Below, in pieces: positions 1 through 13,217 of a DNA stretch of 64,000 nt. The DNA comes from Haliotis rubra. Its lineage: Eukaryota. Made by a program: the position numbers and the translations under genes. How positions within the stretch are numbered: the first letter of the stretch is position 1; each line of letters opens with the position of its first letter. The notes below the pieces were generated by a model that did not search any database, had not been told where the DNA came from, and worked only from the letters and a program-made list of their open reading frames with translations. The stretch is from assembly GCF_003918875.1 (NCBI RefSeq), contig NW_025765303.1, positions 868,001 through 932,000 of the forward strand. Direction: 5' to 3'.

Positions 1-3000
1 TTAATTTATATTATTTATTCAACACTTTCAAATATATTTAAAAATCCTTCTTTTTTCATTGAAATTGTACCAGCCAATGCAACACTGCTTAACATGTGCT
101 AACAGGAATCCTTGCCAAAAGACAGCCTACATGTTCAAAGGAATTTTACAGTTTCCTAAATCCTTTATTTACCAAATATGTATCCCTTTCAGAGCCTTGA
201 CACACTGCAGTACAACTGTTGTCACCCACGTTCTCAAGTGAAGACAGTGATCACATGTTTGTCTTCGCTCCAGTGATTACACTCTCAACATCATATAATT
301 CCATAACATCATGTCACATTGAACACACAGCAGCTGGGAGAGCTCTCTATTGTGTGCCACCAAGCCATTATTTTATACATCCCCTCGAACTATATCCAGG
401 AATGTTCACTATTCAACCTCTCCTTTGAACGTAATACCTCCTTTTAAGTATCACAAACATCATCGTCAACTCTGATAAGATCATCGGCTGAAACCTGTCT
501 TGCTTTAATTAAACTGTATCATTCCACGACATCAAAGGATGGATTTTATTTTTTTCCTTTTTGAACCCATTGCCACAATCTCCATTATACTGAAATGTAT
601 TGAGCAAATGGATTAATTGAATAACCCGGGACTGTAGAAATTAAAATGAATTTAAACATTTAAAGTGGATAGGTTACACATTTTAATTATTTAGAGGTTT
701 GGATGGTGTTTGATGCATAATACAGACTGACTCAGTGACAGCTGCTACCCTGGACCACGCCCAAACGCCCCCATCCTATACTTGATGTAGTCATCACCTG
801 CCTGTCTCCCAACTCTCATTTTTTATCCATTAGATACGACAATCTCCAAATTCATCCTGACCTGGTTCTTTATACATGGGCTTCCAAGCTGAACACCTAT
901 TAAGTATTTCCACAGGGCATAACCAACAATGTGAGATCACTCTACGTTGAAACAAACATGGGCAGAAGCTCCATACATGTGTTTGATCCAACCTGTCTCA
1001 TAAATACACAAACTACTGGCTTCTCACAACAAATATTCATATTCACTAAAAATACAAAAATAAGGTGAAATAAAGTGAACGAAATTTAATTCTTAACAAC
1101 TCATTCAACTCATGAATTTTGTTTCACAAGCCATCATATTAAACTTGATGCTGTCATTTCAAAATCAGATTAACTTCGTATTATGTAAATATATTCTGAA
1201 CACATGCATCTTTTAGCCATAGAAAACCTTTTTCATCTAAATCTAGTAATCATCAAAGCTACAATATATTCACTAATAGAAATATTGAAAATTATGCAGT
1301 ATTAAATATGATTAAACCCTAAACATCTATACATGAATTCATTTCCATTTTTGTATCTATCAAATGCAAATCAAGCAGTCACTTGTTTTATATGTTCTCC
1401 AAATATCTGCACAATAGCAAGATTGTCTTACTGAAGCCCTGTTATAACAGATTTAACATGTATCCTACTCATAACCCCAGGACATACCCCTTGATTTGTT
1501 AACACACCAATCTTTCAAAGTGTCACCATAACTTGAGGGTTGAGTTAAAAAATCCTTGGGAAATTTAAATAGTCGCCTTTCTATCTTAATCGACTGCTCA
1601 CACTTGCAAAACTGTTAACTCTTAACCTCAACTAAAATCTTGAGAAATAGGCAATCAAACTGACAATTCTATTGCAACATACCTGTAGATTATACATGTA
1701 TACTGAAAATGGATAAATTAATTTCAAATCCATCAGTTAACACTGAAATCAGTAAGCCTTCAAAATCAAGCATTAATGATCTTTTCAAATTTTCAATTGG
1801 AAAGTACTTATTTTGAATACCTTTACTACTTGAACAAACCTTTTTCTTGAAACTGCAAACCTTTTTCACTATTGACATTCTTTACATTCCAATCTAATCC
1901 ATGTTTCCAGCCAATACAACAATGTTCACCAAAACACAGATTCACACACAGTCAAACAGGACGAGTGAAACTGACAATCTACTTGAATACCGTATACAAC
2001 AAACAATATCTGAATCCACATTGTTAAAAAACAGTACATGACCTGAACTCCCACGTCTTACAAAATACCAGTTTTTAAGTGCACTATCTCAACATCAAGT
2101 TGTTTGAGGAGGTCATCCAATGAAAGTCTAAGCCTCACGTTCACTCACCAGTGTTAGATCTCTGATGCACCTACTGGTATATAAAAATGAATTTGGACAG
2201 AAACAGCTTACGCAGCAGAATCAGAAATTTAATAGGGCTTGGGAGTCCTTGAGGCGTTCTGCTTTGCATGTATGGGACATCTGAATCATCAGGTTCTGAC
2301 ATAAGGGTTACGACAAGGATACCATGACTTGCTTATATTACCAACATTACAAATAAAGCATTATCCTAAGATTTTCCACTCTAGTATTATACTCAACTTA
2401 TCTAATTATAAACAGGCTTGTTCTGAGCATTAATGTATTTTGAATTTTCTGTGTAATTCCAATAAAACATTTTCAGAACTTTTAACATGAAGACACAATA
2501 GAGATTCTATTTATAAGTTACTTTTAATTACATCCCCCAAGATCCAATTAGTAATAATCCTCAACATTATCAGCTTAACACTGATCAATACCTTTGAAAT
2601 TCAGAATGAAACCTCAATGGGTCTGAGCCATATAACATTAAAAATTAATGACTGTAAGGGGCCCTGGAGTTAGATAGAAACCCTAAACCTATGACCCAAT
2701 TGATGTGCAACAATGTTTCAATTCAATCCATCAGATATAATTCACACAAAGTCCAAAAAATCAGCAGTAATCTCTTTTCACCACTATGCTGAAATGAGAA
2801 TCCAAAAGATCTGGTACATCATAGGATGTTTTAAAAATCATTTCAAAAGACCCTTTTTGTCGATCTATCACTGGTCCTTACATTGCTACTTCTGAGGGCT
2901 AAACACTGACTACCTGAGAGCAGGCTAAAGCTCTCTGACACAGATATTCCTCGTTCCAGGTTATAAGCTCTAGTCACGCGAGAAGGTATTTCACAACAGT

Positions 3001-6000
3001 TTTCTAAGATCCAGTGAGCTTGCCGAGAGTGAGCTGGGCAAAGAATGCTGGAGTTTATACATCACTGATCAGATGCCTGGTTGCCTAACGGGGTCAAACT
3101 GAAGGCATGCTTTCTTGTGTAGGGCCAGTCCAAAATTTACCTGACTCATGATTACAGACAAGAAGTTTGATTGCGTCCGTTACATTTTGCTGATTTAAAA
3201 CAAAATAGCCTCAGGCAGATTTATGTTGAATTCAAACACTGTGTTCATGAAGAGTCAAGTCTTTGACAAGAATACATCCATCTAGTAGTATCAACTCACA
3301 TTAGTATCTCTTCGCAATTTCACTTAACAAATATGTTTACCATTCAAATTTTCAAGAAACAATTCCATCAGAGGGTTTACGATTCATCCAATTTAGGAAG
3401 AGTAATGTTTTCTCAGAAAGATCAATACTATTAAAACCAGTTTCTTTATACCAGTTTATGCTAATATTATTCCTCTGTGTAAAGATTAGGAATATTTATG
3501 GCATACATTTGAACCCAGATGGTGACAATACAATACAGCTGAGAAAGCCTTGAAATAGCAATATCTGGAGGCCTTTATCTGTGCTCAAAATGGCTGCCCT
3601 CCACAAAGATCGCCAGGTGGTTATACGAGTTGAAATAATAGGCAAAATATTCAACCTTGAATACTATGACAAATACCATTATTACTGGCCATTGTGATAA
3701 GGCGAAAAGAGGCTTATTTCAGTGTAATCTTTCTCCCATGTCATACAAGGGCTGCCCAATAAGCACGCCTTCATCAGTGTCCATATCATCATTACCATAA
3801 AATCAATCTCCTGAGTATTCGGCTATATGAATCAAGACTGACGAACTAGGACTAATTATTTGGGAGTCATTAAGATTCAGATGGATGGCTTTCATGCTGC
3901 TTTCCTAGTGCTGTACCTAATTGCCAGGGAACTCAATGGTTGTTTGGGTCATAATTTCAGATCGGTCATTGTGTCCACCATGGTCAGAGTATATCACCTT
4001 TGTGGTCAGTTGTGGGTGGGGTGGCCATTGTGATCACACAGCGAGGGTCTATCGCCTTTGTGGTCAGTTGTGGGTTTTGCGTCAACTGCATCAAGGTACA
4101 TCACTCTGTTGTCTTGCTCAATGTTGGAAGTCATTTGGAAAGTGGTCAGTCAGCAGGTGGGGGTCACTCCAAGTGAATACCTTCTTTGGCCAGCTGGGAA
4201 GGGGTGGGTCGGGGTGGATCAGAGTGAAGGAAGAAGAATAGAGGGTTGAGAACAAAGGTCTGTTGGGAGGACAAACCAGCATTGTTTGGTGATCTGAGGA
4301 TAAACAGCCAAAATTGGTAAAATCTTGAAAAGATAATGCAGTTGTTTTGACATAAGCTGAAAGGGTGGAAAGACTGAAGATTAACTAGCATGGGCTGGAC
4401 AGAGGGTAATGGGATAAAGGGCATCAGGTCAATGCAAGGGTTGGGGACAAAGGATTGGAGATAACAGCCCTGGTTTCCACAACTGGGATTACAATTTAAT
4501 ATGGCAAAGTGGATTGTGAGAGCTAATTCTTTAATATGGAGGAAAGGTGTTCAGTAGTAAAGTCAGAGGTGCATTCTAGAATGGGATTCTTCAGATGGGT
4601 GTTTCTGACAGAATTCAAGTCTGTTCAAGGAATGACAGAATAACAAATAATAATTCAATATATATATGACCTTGACACTGGATTAGGATTTTTAGAAATT
4701 CTACACAAATATCAGTAGTTAAAAGTGAGCATGAAAGTCATAAAGCCCTTTTCACTGGCCATATGTAAAGCAATCAAGATTTAATAGTCCCTTGATCCAA
4801 ATATCACACTATAACGAGAACCCCCTTAATTTCAAAACACTGTATACAGGTTGAGTAAGAAAATTCAGACACCTTGAATTTAGCCAAGGGCTAAAGCTTG
4901 GATGTTGACCTGACTACAGTTGTCACAGAGTATGGAGTGCACAACACAAAGAACTGAAGGTTTTGGAGTTACCTTACAGAACTTTACACAATGACATGAT
5001 ACAAGTAGTAACACAGGTAATACGTCATCCGTTTGGGACATTAACTCCAGGCCAAGTCCTGAAGGCAAGCCAGGGGGTATGTCCAAGTCATGATCACAAT
5101 GGGTAAGGGGCTACAAACCTTGAGGGTTGTTGTGTTGAAGACAGTCAGACAATGGTGTGACTATCACCCCGGCCATCTAGCTGAACAGGGGAGCTACTTG
5201 GCCGTTTCTCAGACACTGCTAATCATCGAGACCTCACTTACAGAACGTAGTCTACATCGCTGTGGTGATCAGTTCAGTTTGACAGGCCCTTAGTCATACA
5301 TTTCTTCTCAGTTACTAATACAGGTTCATGATCTAGGGCAGGTCCTTTGTCAGTTTTGATAGTTAAACCTTCCACAAAAACTCCTTATTGCAAAACATTT
5401 ACTTTCTAATCCTAGCACTGTATTTTAATTAAGGTAAAATATCAACCTTAATTAACACTGTTTAACGAGAATATTCAACAAACATTTCAGTATTATAAAC
5501 ACGCTAGCTAATTTCATCCAGCAAACTTCGTAAAAGTAAACTACCTTCTTTATCCTCATTAAGAGTAAACTTACACAAAAACCAAGTTGAAAATTAAATA
5601 TTTCTATGGTTAGATGTGAATAAGACACATGCCATTCCTCTGGTTCTTGTAATAATCCACAGATGTGGCCCCTACAAATCAAGAAGACGACAGCGGAACA
5701 ATTAGCAAGTGCAATAAATCTTAACTAAGCAGGGCTTCTAATGCTAGGTTCCAATCCACAATGTTCCAGGAATCAAAGACTGAGGGCGGGGTGTAATCGG
5801 TGGGCCCCACCAGGCACTGTAGGAAGACAGATTGTGATTTACACCTGTCTAGCCCCTGTGTTCTGGGAACCTCACCTCATTAGCATCTCGTTAGCCTCCT
5901 TCGTTAGCCTCAGTCCACCTCAAGCCATCGTCAAATCCATTTCTGATTTCTCCGGAATCCTTCCTCAGCTCCCCACTGAAGCAACTGCTACTTTATCATT

Positions 6001-6831
6001 AAAGAATCAGATGTTACTTACTACATAATTTAAAAATGCACGCACTCTATTGTCAGATAATGTGAGCAGTTAATAATTATCAATTCATTAAATTATTAAA
6101 CTTTTGAAAACTAATTTTGTGGCTTTTGGGGGAATTTCCAAGCATTCTCTTTGTTAAGTAAAACATTCTCTTTACATATAAACCAAAAATGTATCACTTC
6201 CAAATTAGGAAAATTTAGAAAAATATTCACACAGAACATTAACAATAAAAATATGAAACTGTCCTTATTTGACAAACGTGTGATTGATTGAAATAGCTCG
6301 GAAGACAAGCCCTTTTAGTCACGGATGTCATGAGTCACAATGTATAATGATATGTACATGAAATAAATTATGTCTATTTCATAAGGAAATTCATCATCAT
6401 CAGTCAGTAAAGCCATGCTCATGATATGACCTTATAAAGCATCAATAACAAAGAGAATGTTTTTGTATCTGACATGAAACAAACAAAATAAAAACATCAT
6501 TACAAACAAAATGTTCATACTTACATAAAGGATGGTATTAGGGCTAAAATTGTAAATTTTGAAAACATGAAAATACTTTTTTCTAAGCAAAATGGTCATT
6601 CTGAAGCAAACTTTGAACTTATAAATGTCTAAGAGACTGCTCAATGCAATTGTACTGACAATAAAGGTGCACAAAAGAATTAGCTGCAGTGCAAACAACA
6701 GAAAAGCAAGGACAAGCAGCATAGCTGAGATATTTGACTTAGTAGCCAAGACAAGAGAGCTGTGGGGAGCCCGAGGTTTTTGCAGAGAACGATTGTTGAA
6801 TGACGATAAATGTTGGTTAATAAGCTCTGTA

Positions 6832-6892
6832 GACATCTTTACCTGACAGTATTAGAGTAGTGGAAACCAGTCTAATGCTGTTAGGTAAGATG
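6832..6892 (-). ncRNA. mir-8: pre-miRNA mir-8 (miR-8/miR-200/141/429 family)
   Basis: Reverse complement of 6832-6854 is TAATACTGTCAGGTAAAGATGTC (mature miR-8-3p). Reverse complement of 6871-6892 is CATCTTACCTAACAGCATTAGA (5p arm). The arms pair around a 16-nt loop and the stem extends into the flanks (TCTG/CAGA). Confidence 0.97.
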
Positions 6893-7415
6893 GCGCCAGA
6901 ACCTAGACTGTTCTCACCATTCCTGCCGCGACGGGCATCTCCGAGTGCGTATGCGTAGCGGTGACATACGTACGTAGCCAGGCGAAAGTGAACACGTACG
7001 AAAGTTGATGTGCTGTTCTGTTAGGCGTGAGGAAGGCCACGAGTGCAAAGCTTGAGTTTATCTCCAGCAACAAATATTTAAGCAGTGGTCGAAGTAGTAT
7101 ACACTAAATTCTCAATGGCAGTATCCCTGTATGAGATCCCTGAACAGACTGCGAGACAAAGGACACAAACTACGTTGATCTGGGATAATCATGTCGAGTA
7201 GCTTTCCTCTACAGCGCTCACCGTCATCCATGTGTGACCGAACAAAGGAGAAGTCCAACACAACTTCCTCGGGAAAAAATCAATCTTCAAATTCAAATGT
7301 AACTCCCTAGAAAAATGTCACTGGCAACAACACAACTCCCAAGCCAAGCAAATCCTCGCTTGAATACCAATCTAACCCAACGACAGGGGAACGACCAACA
7401 TAGCCAACATGTTCT

Positions 7416-7450
7416 AACTGACGTATCCCGATCCGCTTTCTAAATTTATA
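7416..7450 (-). promoter_or_regulatory. Candidate core promoter of pri-mir-8: TATA box plus Initiator
   Basis: Minus strand reads TATAAA (7450-7445) and TCAGTT (7421-7416, +1 A at 7419), so the TATA is at -31. It lies about 530 bp upstream of the hairpin in a CpG-rich block. Confidence 0.65.
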
Positions 7451-10374
7451 CCCAAGAGGCCGTTAATGACAGCTTCCATACGACTAAAAACTGGTTTGTG
7501 AGGGCAGTCGACTCTCCCATGTCTCAGTGCATTGCGCGGGCCACTGGGCTCCTATCCCGACCTTCCGACTCGCGACACATCGACCAGAATAACCACAAGT
7601 CATTGTGTGGATGCTTAAATCCTGGAACGTAGCGGCCCTCTTTCGCCAATCCCTACTGAACCGCACCTTTAGAGGGTAGTCAAACCAACACTCTCTCACA
7701 TGAAAAGGAAAACCGGGAGCTATTCGCTCGCTCATCCATTGACTGTTGACAAAGCCTGGCCAAGCAACTCAATCAGCGAGTGGCCTGACCTTTCTATAGT
7801 CTGCCTTTACAAAGTTTACAGCCTTGTTCCCTTGAAGGGTCGCTCAACCTGCTTGATGAGCCAAAACCTGTTCCACAGGGACGTGCCTGAATGCCTTAAT
7901 GCTACTCTTCAGTAGATCACTAGCCACGTAGGTAAAAAAAGTTGTAAAAGGTCACATTGCATAGCGGTCACAAGGATTCAGTAACCAGCTAGCAGTGTAT
8001 GCCTTTCTGTTCGTCAATATTTGCCAGCCATCTAATCTGGCCTCGTCTGCCTGCAAAGCCAGTGTCCCGACTACTAGTGTTACCTTCCCCCGACCACATG
8101 CCCTCCACCGCACAGAAACGCTGTGTCAGATCAGCCCTACGTCAACCCACCATCAAGCCAGCAGACCTAATTTACACAACTACTACACATTCCAATATGA
8201 ACGGTTACCCAAGTCTCCGGGATGTGCACCTATCACGCCAATAAAGGCTGGATTTATAATGGCTGTTACCTGGTTACAGGGATAAACTTTGCTCTGACGA
8301 TACGATGTGATGGCACTGGTTTCCATAGGAACCATATAAACGGGAGGAGGCATTTGGGGCCATTCCGTTCACTTTTTATCTCTAACACTGAAGCATGGCA
8401 GCCTTTTTCAATTAGTCGGCACATGAAACTCTCTGCACTCATCAAGCAAACTCTATAGAATTACAAACTTTTTTAAGTCGGTATTTTGTTTTGACATTTA
8501 ACAACCCTTCAGTTATCCCCTGAAGCTAATCATTAATCTTCTCTCCATTTTAATAAACTATTATTAGCATGTATCAAGCATTTATGGCCCTAAACTCCAG
8601 CTTTCACAAAATATGCTATTAAAATATATTACACCAAGCCAAACAAAATAACACCAAGACTGATAATTTAACATGACTTAATTACCATGTGAATGATCAT
8701 ACCTTCCAATACCAACACCAAACAATATCTGGACTCACGCCAAAACGTCTTTCTTAACGAAATAGTTCATAAATCAAATTTAACCAAGGTATGTCAAAAT
8801 AATATCAGTTAATTAACCATTATGTCATGCACGTATCTGCAAACAAGATTAAAACAGCCACAAGAGAATATTCTTACCAGCTTCCTAATGAAAAGCTAAA
8901 TCTTTAATGGTTCCCACTATGTAAAAACTGTATTGACGATATAAAGAAAGATGGCCTCGTCACATTCCCAGAATAAGCACATTCCGCAAGATCCAATAAA
9001 TCACATTAATCAATGAAGCACCTGCGCTGCTATGTGTTAACAATGTATGAGACACCAAGTTCCCGACTTGGAGTCGACACCAGCTAAGCCACAATATCAG
9101 ACAAGAATGCATATGTCAATGTATTCAGTTCAATACACGAATCAAGCCTACTTAATTCTCCTCAGCCACTGAGATAAATAAATCTGTTTGTTTATCCTGC
9201 TTTGATAAGTCATGAATTGAAAACAGCTTTGATAGCAATCAAATTTGCTTTGGGCTTTGCAAGCTTATTGCCAAGGGCCTGTGCTCTATCTTATCATACA
9301 AAATCTGATCAACACTCAATGTGCCTCAATAATTTAAACTTGATTATATATATATGACATTTTTTTCTCGTTCTCCTCTGGAGAGTTAATCAGTTAAAGT
9401 GCTTCATTTCTTTGATTACAAAACAAGCCTTGAACAAAATGTAATGCATTTTAATCTAGCTTGAAATGTTTAATGTCAGATTTTTCTACAACATTTTATG
9501 CTAGTGTTTCAGACAAGTAAACTAAGACACCTTGAATGAACTTTGTCGGTAAATATTAATTTTATAGAAAAATACAACCATAAAACTGGAACATTTTTAA
9601 CATATTGTTAGGGACTGTCTCATGCAACTTTATTATTAATGATGCTACACATTTCACAGTGACCTTCAAAGTATCCTCACTAAGCTGTCTCCTACTAGGA
9701 GATAAGAAGAGGATTAAGTAATGGTAATAAATTATGATCTATCGTTATCACTCAAAACCAAACAGATACAAAGGAATTGCCACAATGGTAAGATAAACCC
9801 TTACTGTAGGTTAAATCTAGGCTGACTTGAAACAGCATTTATCCCAGACACATTGGAATTACTATGTGAATGGATTTGCTGTATGCTTTTCGAATCAGTT
9901 ATATCTCATGTATGTCAAATTGTAAGTGGATAACTAATGTCAAATCCTAAAATGTTTTTTCAATATGTTATGCTTCACACAAAACTAATGAGCTGTATAT
10001 TATATGTAAAGTCAAATTACAGTTGATGACTGTAATCTTCATGAGGACTTAATGAAAATATTGTGATAAATTAATACATGTATACAAATGTAACATTTTT
10101 ACAATTAACATATTTAGGTGTCCTTATTACAGGTAATGACTGTATGTCATAATTTTATGACAGAGATGAATTGTAAATGCTTTCCAATCAGAAATGGTGG
10201 GGAATTATTTTGTTGAATTTGGGTTATAAGAATGCCTACAATGCTTTCTAAAATAAGTGTGAAAATGAAAGAATGTGAATCCGGTTATGGGACACATTCA
10301 TACAGGTCAACTACGTGGAATTGAAAGGTCTACCTCTCATGTCGAACACTCAAGTTTCTCATACACGTTCTTAC

Positions 10375-10545
10375 CTGTCGATCTTTTTGAAATTTTAAGA
10401 AGGCTTCTTGAAGGCTTGTTTGTTTTGGTTCCCCCCAGTCTATGACGAATGCATTAGAACGTTTTGAAAGTGTAGACTTTTTCTTTGAGTCATTAGGCAT
10501 GGTTGGTGGTAAAATGTCACATGTCTTACTCTTAGGTTCAGCCAT
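10375..10545 (-). CDS. Probable first coding exon (57 codons) of an unidentified gene that hosts mir-8 in its intron
   Basis: AAAATGG start context. Encodes MAEPKSKTCDILPPTMPNDSKKKSTLSKRSNAFVIDWGEPKQTSLQEAFLKFQKDRQ and ends at a perfect phase-0 donor CAG|GTAAG. SLQEAFxKF resembles the start of ALMS-motif helices. Downstream DNA is CpG-depleted like a methylated gene body. Further exons were not identified. Confidence 0.55.
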
Positions 10546-13146
10546 TTTGTCAACATCAGTGACAACTGGTGAGATTTCTCTGGATCGTGTTAGATCTAGA
10601 CGCATATTCACATGCAAGGTTGTGTCCACTCTGTTGGACCAAGTCAATGTCTGCGTCATCACATTCCATAGATTTATCAGTAGAGTGTGTTATGATTGAG
10701 TGAATATCATTGACAGAATATACACCGGGAAGTGCTTTGTTTTGAAGCTGAGCGCCTTGGAAATATGTAAACACTAAGTATGGCGTCGGTTTTTTGTAAA
10801 CTGGGTCTCCATTGGTTAAAACGTTGAACCATCAGCCAATCATATATCATATGTTATATCTAGTTTACATTGGTTACAGAACTCCCACTTTGACAATGTT
10901 CCAAAAGCCTCTTGAATATTTAATCATTGATAGGTGATCAATCGGATATGATCAGTGATCCATGCCATGATCAAAGGATATAAATACCGACTAGACTCAA
11001 CATGACGTAGCAAGAATCTGAAGCACAAATAGAATTCTCCTTGCACATAACGATTGCTTTCCAATATTCCAAAGAAAATAGTTCACTGGGTCTGTAATTA
11101 TAATTATTACTATTTTATTGCAATTAATTTATAACAGACAATGGTTGATAATACCACATAGCAAGACGACAACATTAGTTCCATTTAACCAAGAATGGGT
11201 CCCGGTGAATGATCACAGCGAACAAAATTAATCAATAACTGAAACGCGACCCGTGAGCAATGGATGGGAGATAACTCCGTAGGGCATGTTACCAAAGCCC
11301 AGTTGAAGCATGTTCAGCGTAAATTATGGACACCTTGTCACATTCGCTCTAAATATCAAGTACTCCCAGCAATATAATACTGCTATTCGGAATGTCAATG
11401 GAAAAGATTAATTTTGCAGCAAATATAAAACATAACCTATGAATTACCAGCGAAAACACCCATATGGACCTCAAGTTCTCCAGAAATGTCGATTGGCTTT
11501 TATTTTTCATTTTGACCCGACAACGAACATTGTGATGTTCACAGGATATAAGACAATCACATACATGTGAAAACTCGTTCGCCAGGTAAAGCCACGAGAC
11601 AAAAGCATTTCTAAAGTAATAAATGTTAGATGATATAGTATTAAACTAATGTAAGTTTCAACGTTGTGAATGGAATCACTACATTGTACAGAAAACAGCA
11701 CTACTCCTGGTCTAACATACATGGATATTCAAAGTGCGATATTAAACAACAACCATTCCGACGCTATCTAAAACAGATTCACACGCACAACGTATTTGGA
11801 GGCTAGCTGTTTCGGTTTGGTATTCAGCACTTCTCACACTGAGTGCCAAATCGAAACTCACGTCGTGCATCTTCCAAATATTTATCCGCATATATCTGTA
11901 CTTAGATAACGTACGGATTGTGTTAAGCGTATATCAAATGAAAAATACTCCATAAACGAAAAATCATTTATTTCTACCGTTACTAAGCCAAATTATACTG
12001 TTTCTATATACTTTACAACTCCAACGTCATTTACTTGACCCGAAACCCACATCCCAACCTCCCATACACCCATGGTCACCTAAAGATGACGATGCATTGC
12101 CTCCTTCCTCAGCTCCATCCTTTAAGTTATGTCGTTGCTTCAACACGGATTACATTACCACCGTTCTATGTTTGTTCAAATAAACTTAAAACCTTGATTC
12201 GTTATAATGATATACCCAACTCGCAAAAAACACTAACAGAAGTATCAACTTACCTTTTAAGTGACGTTAAATAGTTATATTTTCAGGACAATTTTAATTA
12301 GTCATCAACTTTAAAATAGATTTCTGAATTCCTCCTACACGTACTCAGACAGAAGAATGTGAATGTAATTAGAATAGATAATTCTTCTCTAATCCCCATC
12401 AACGTCAACCCCTCCCTTGAATTCCATCCGGAATGATTCCACCCATATGTGCTAAACGCTTAACAATATATCACACCTATGACAGAAATGCCCCACTTAA
12501 ATTTACCACTGGTCAAAGCTAATGGAAAGAATGTATTAATGACTTGAGGCACACCATTCGTGGTTTTCAAAGTTCAAAACAGATTTCCTCAATAATCACG
12601 TGACTTGTCCACACCGAAACGTGTCAATTTCACGATCACTGTCTCTTTCAAGCCTCGGAAGCCACGCCCACTGTTTCATTAGGAACATCCTGTTATGGCG
12701 ACGGCCGGTCGTGTCTGAAATGTACAACGTATGTCACTTAGTGATGGTGTGAAAGGTGTTAATTTCACAAAACAACGGGAACTCTGTTTGGTCATAAATA
12801 AGACCATGAATGGAACCCATCCCCATGGTACCAACCAGTACACTCGGAAATAGTCACACTTGAACCTGGGTTTGTAACCAGTTGTGAAATCACAAATAAG
12901 TGATTCATATAACACAACGGTTACGTTCATGGCAGTAAAACTATTCATAAGTATATATAAACTTCAATATTAAAAGTACCTTTTTATCATCCATACACGA
13001 ATGCTTACATTGACATGTTCAGATGAACTGTACTTTTCTCTAAAATATGAGTTGGCACATTTTATCATAATCGTCGTCGTCGTCATCATCATCATCATGT
13101 TTTACTCACATGAAACTAAACAGTCCTACATATAATGTAACACCGT

Positions 13147-13217
13147 ATGAGATTTACAACTTCTTTATTATTTACAACACTATGTTTCTGGGCTACTTCT
13201 TTCCCCTTCATCAGCTT
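13147..13217 (-). mobile_element. Degenerate Penelope-like end with decayed hammerhead (CUGAUGA core)
   Basis: Minus strand CTGATGA-A-GGG...CCC-A-GAAA-CATA followed by AATAAAGAAGTTGTAAATC, the same terminal motif as the other copies. Confidence 0.45.

Noticed and set aside
1-6800. Further coding exons of the host gene
   Set aside because: Several donor- and acceptor-like sites were seen, but no frame gave a convincing stop-free, protein-like exon.
7950-7976. miR-2001-like seed (TTGTGACCG on the minus strand)
   Set aside because: The match stops after 9 nt and no pairing arm is visible.
6861-8326. Possible TIR pair TGGAAACCAGT / ACTGGTTTCCA
   Set aside because: The left copy is the loop of the mir-8 hairpin; the match is only 11 bp and there is no TSD.
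8222-8458. ORF with GRRHLGPF faintly resembling DIRS reverse transcriptase
   Set aside because: Too short; no other RT, RNase H or tyrosine recombinase motifs are nearby.
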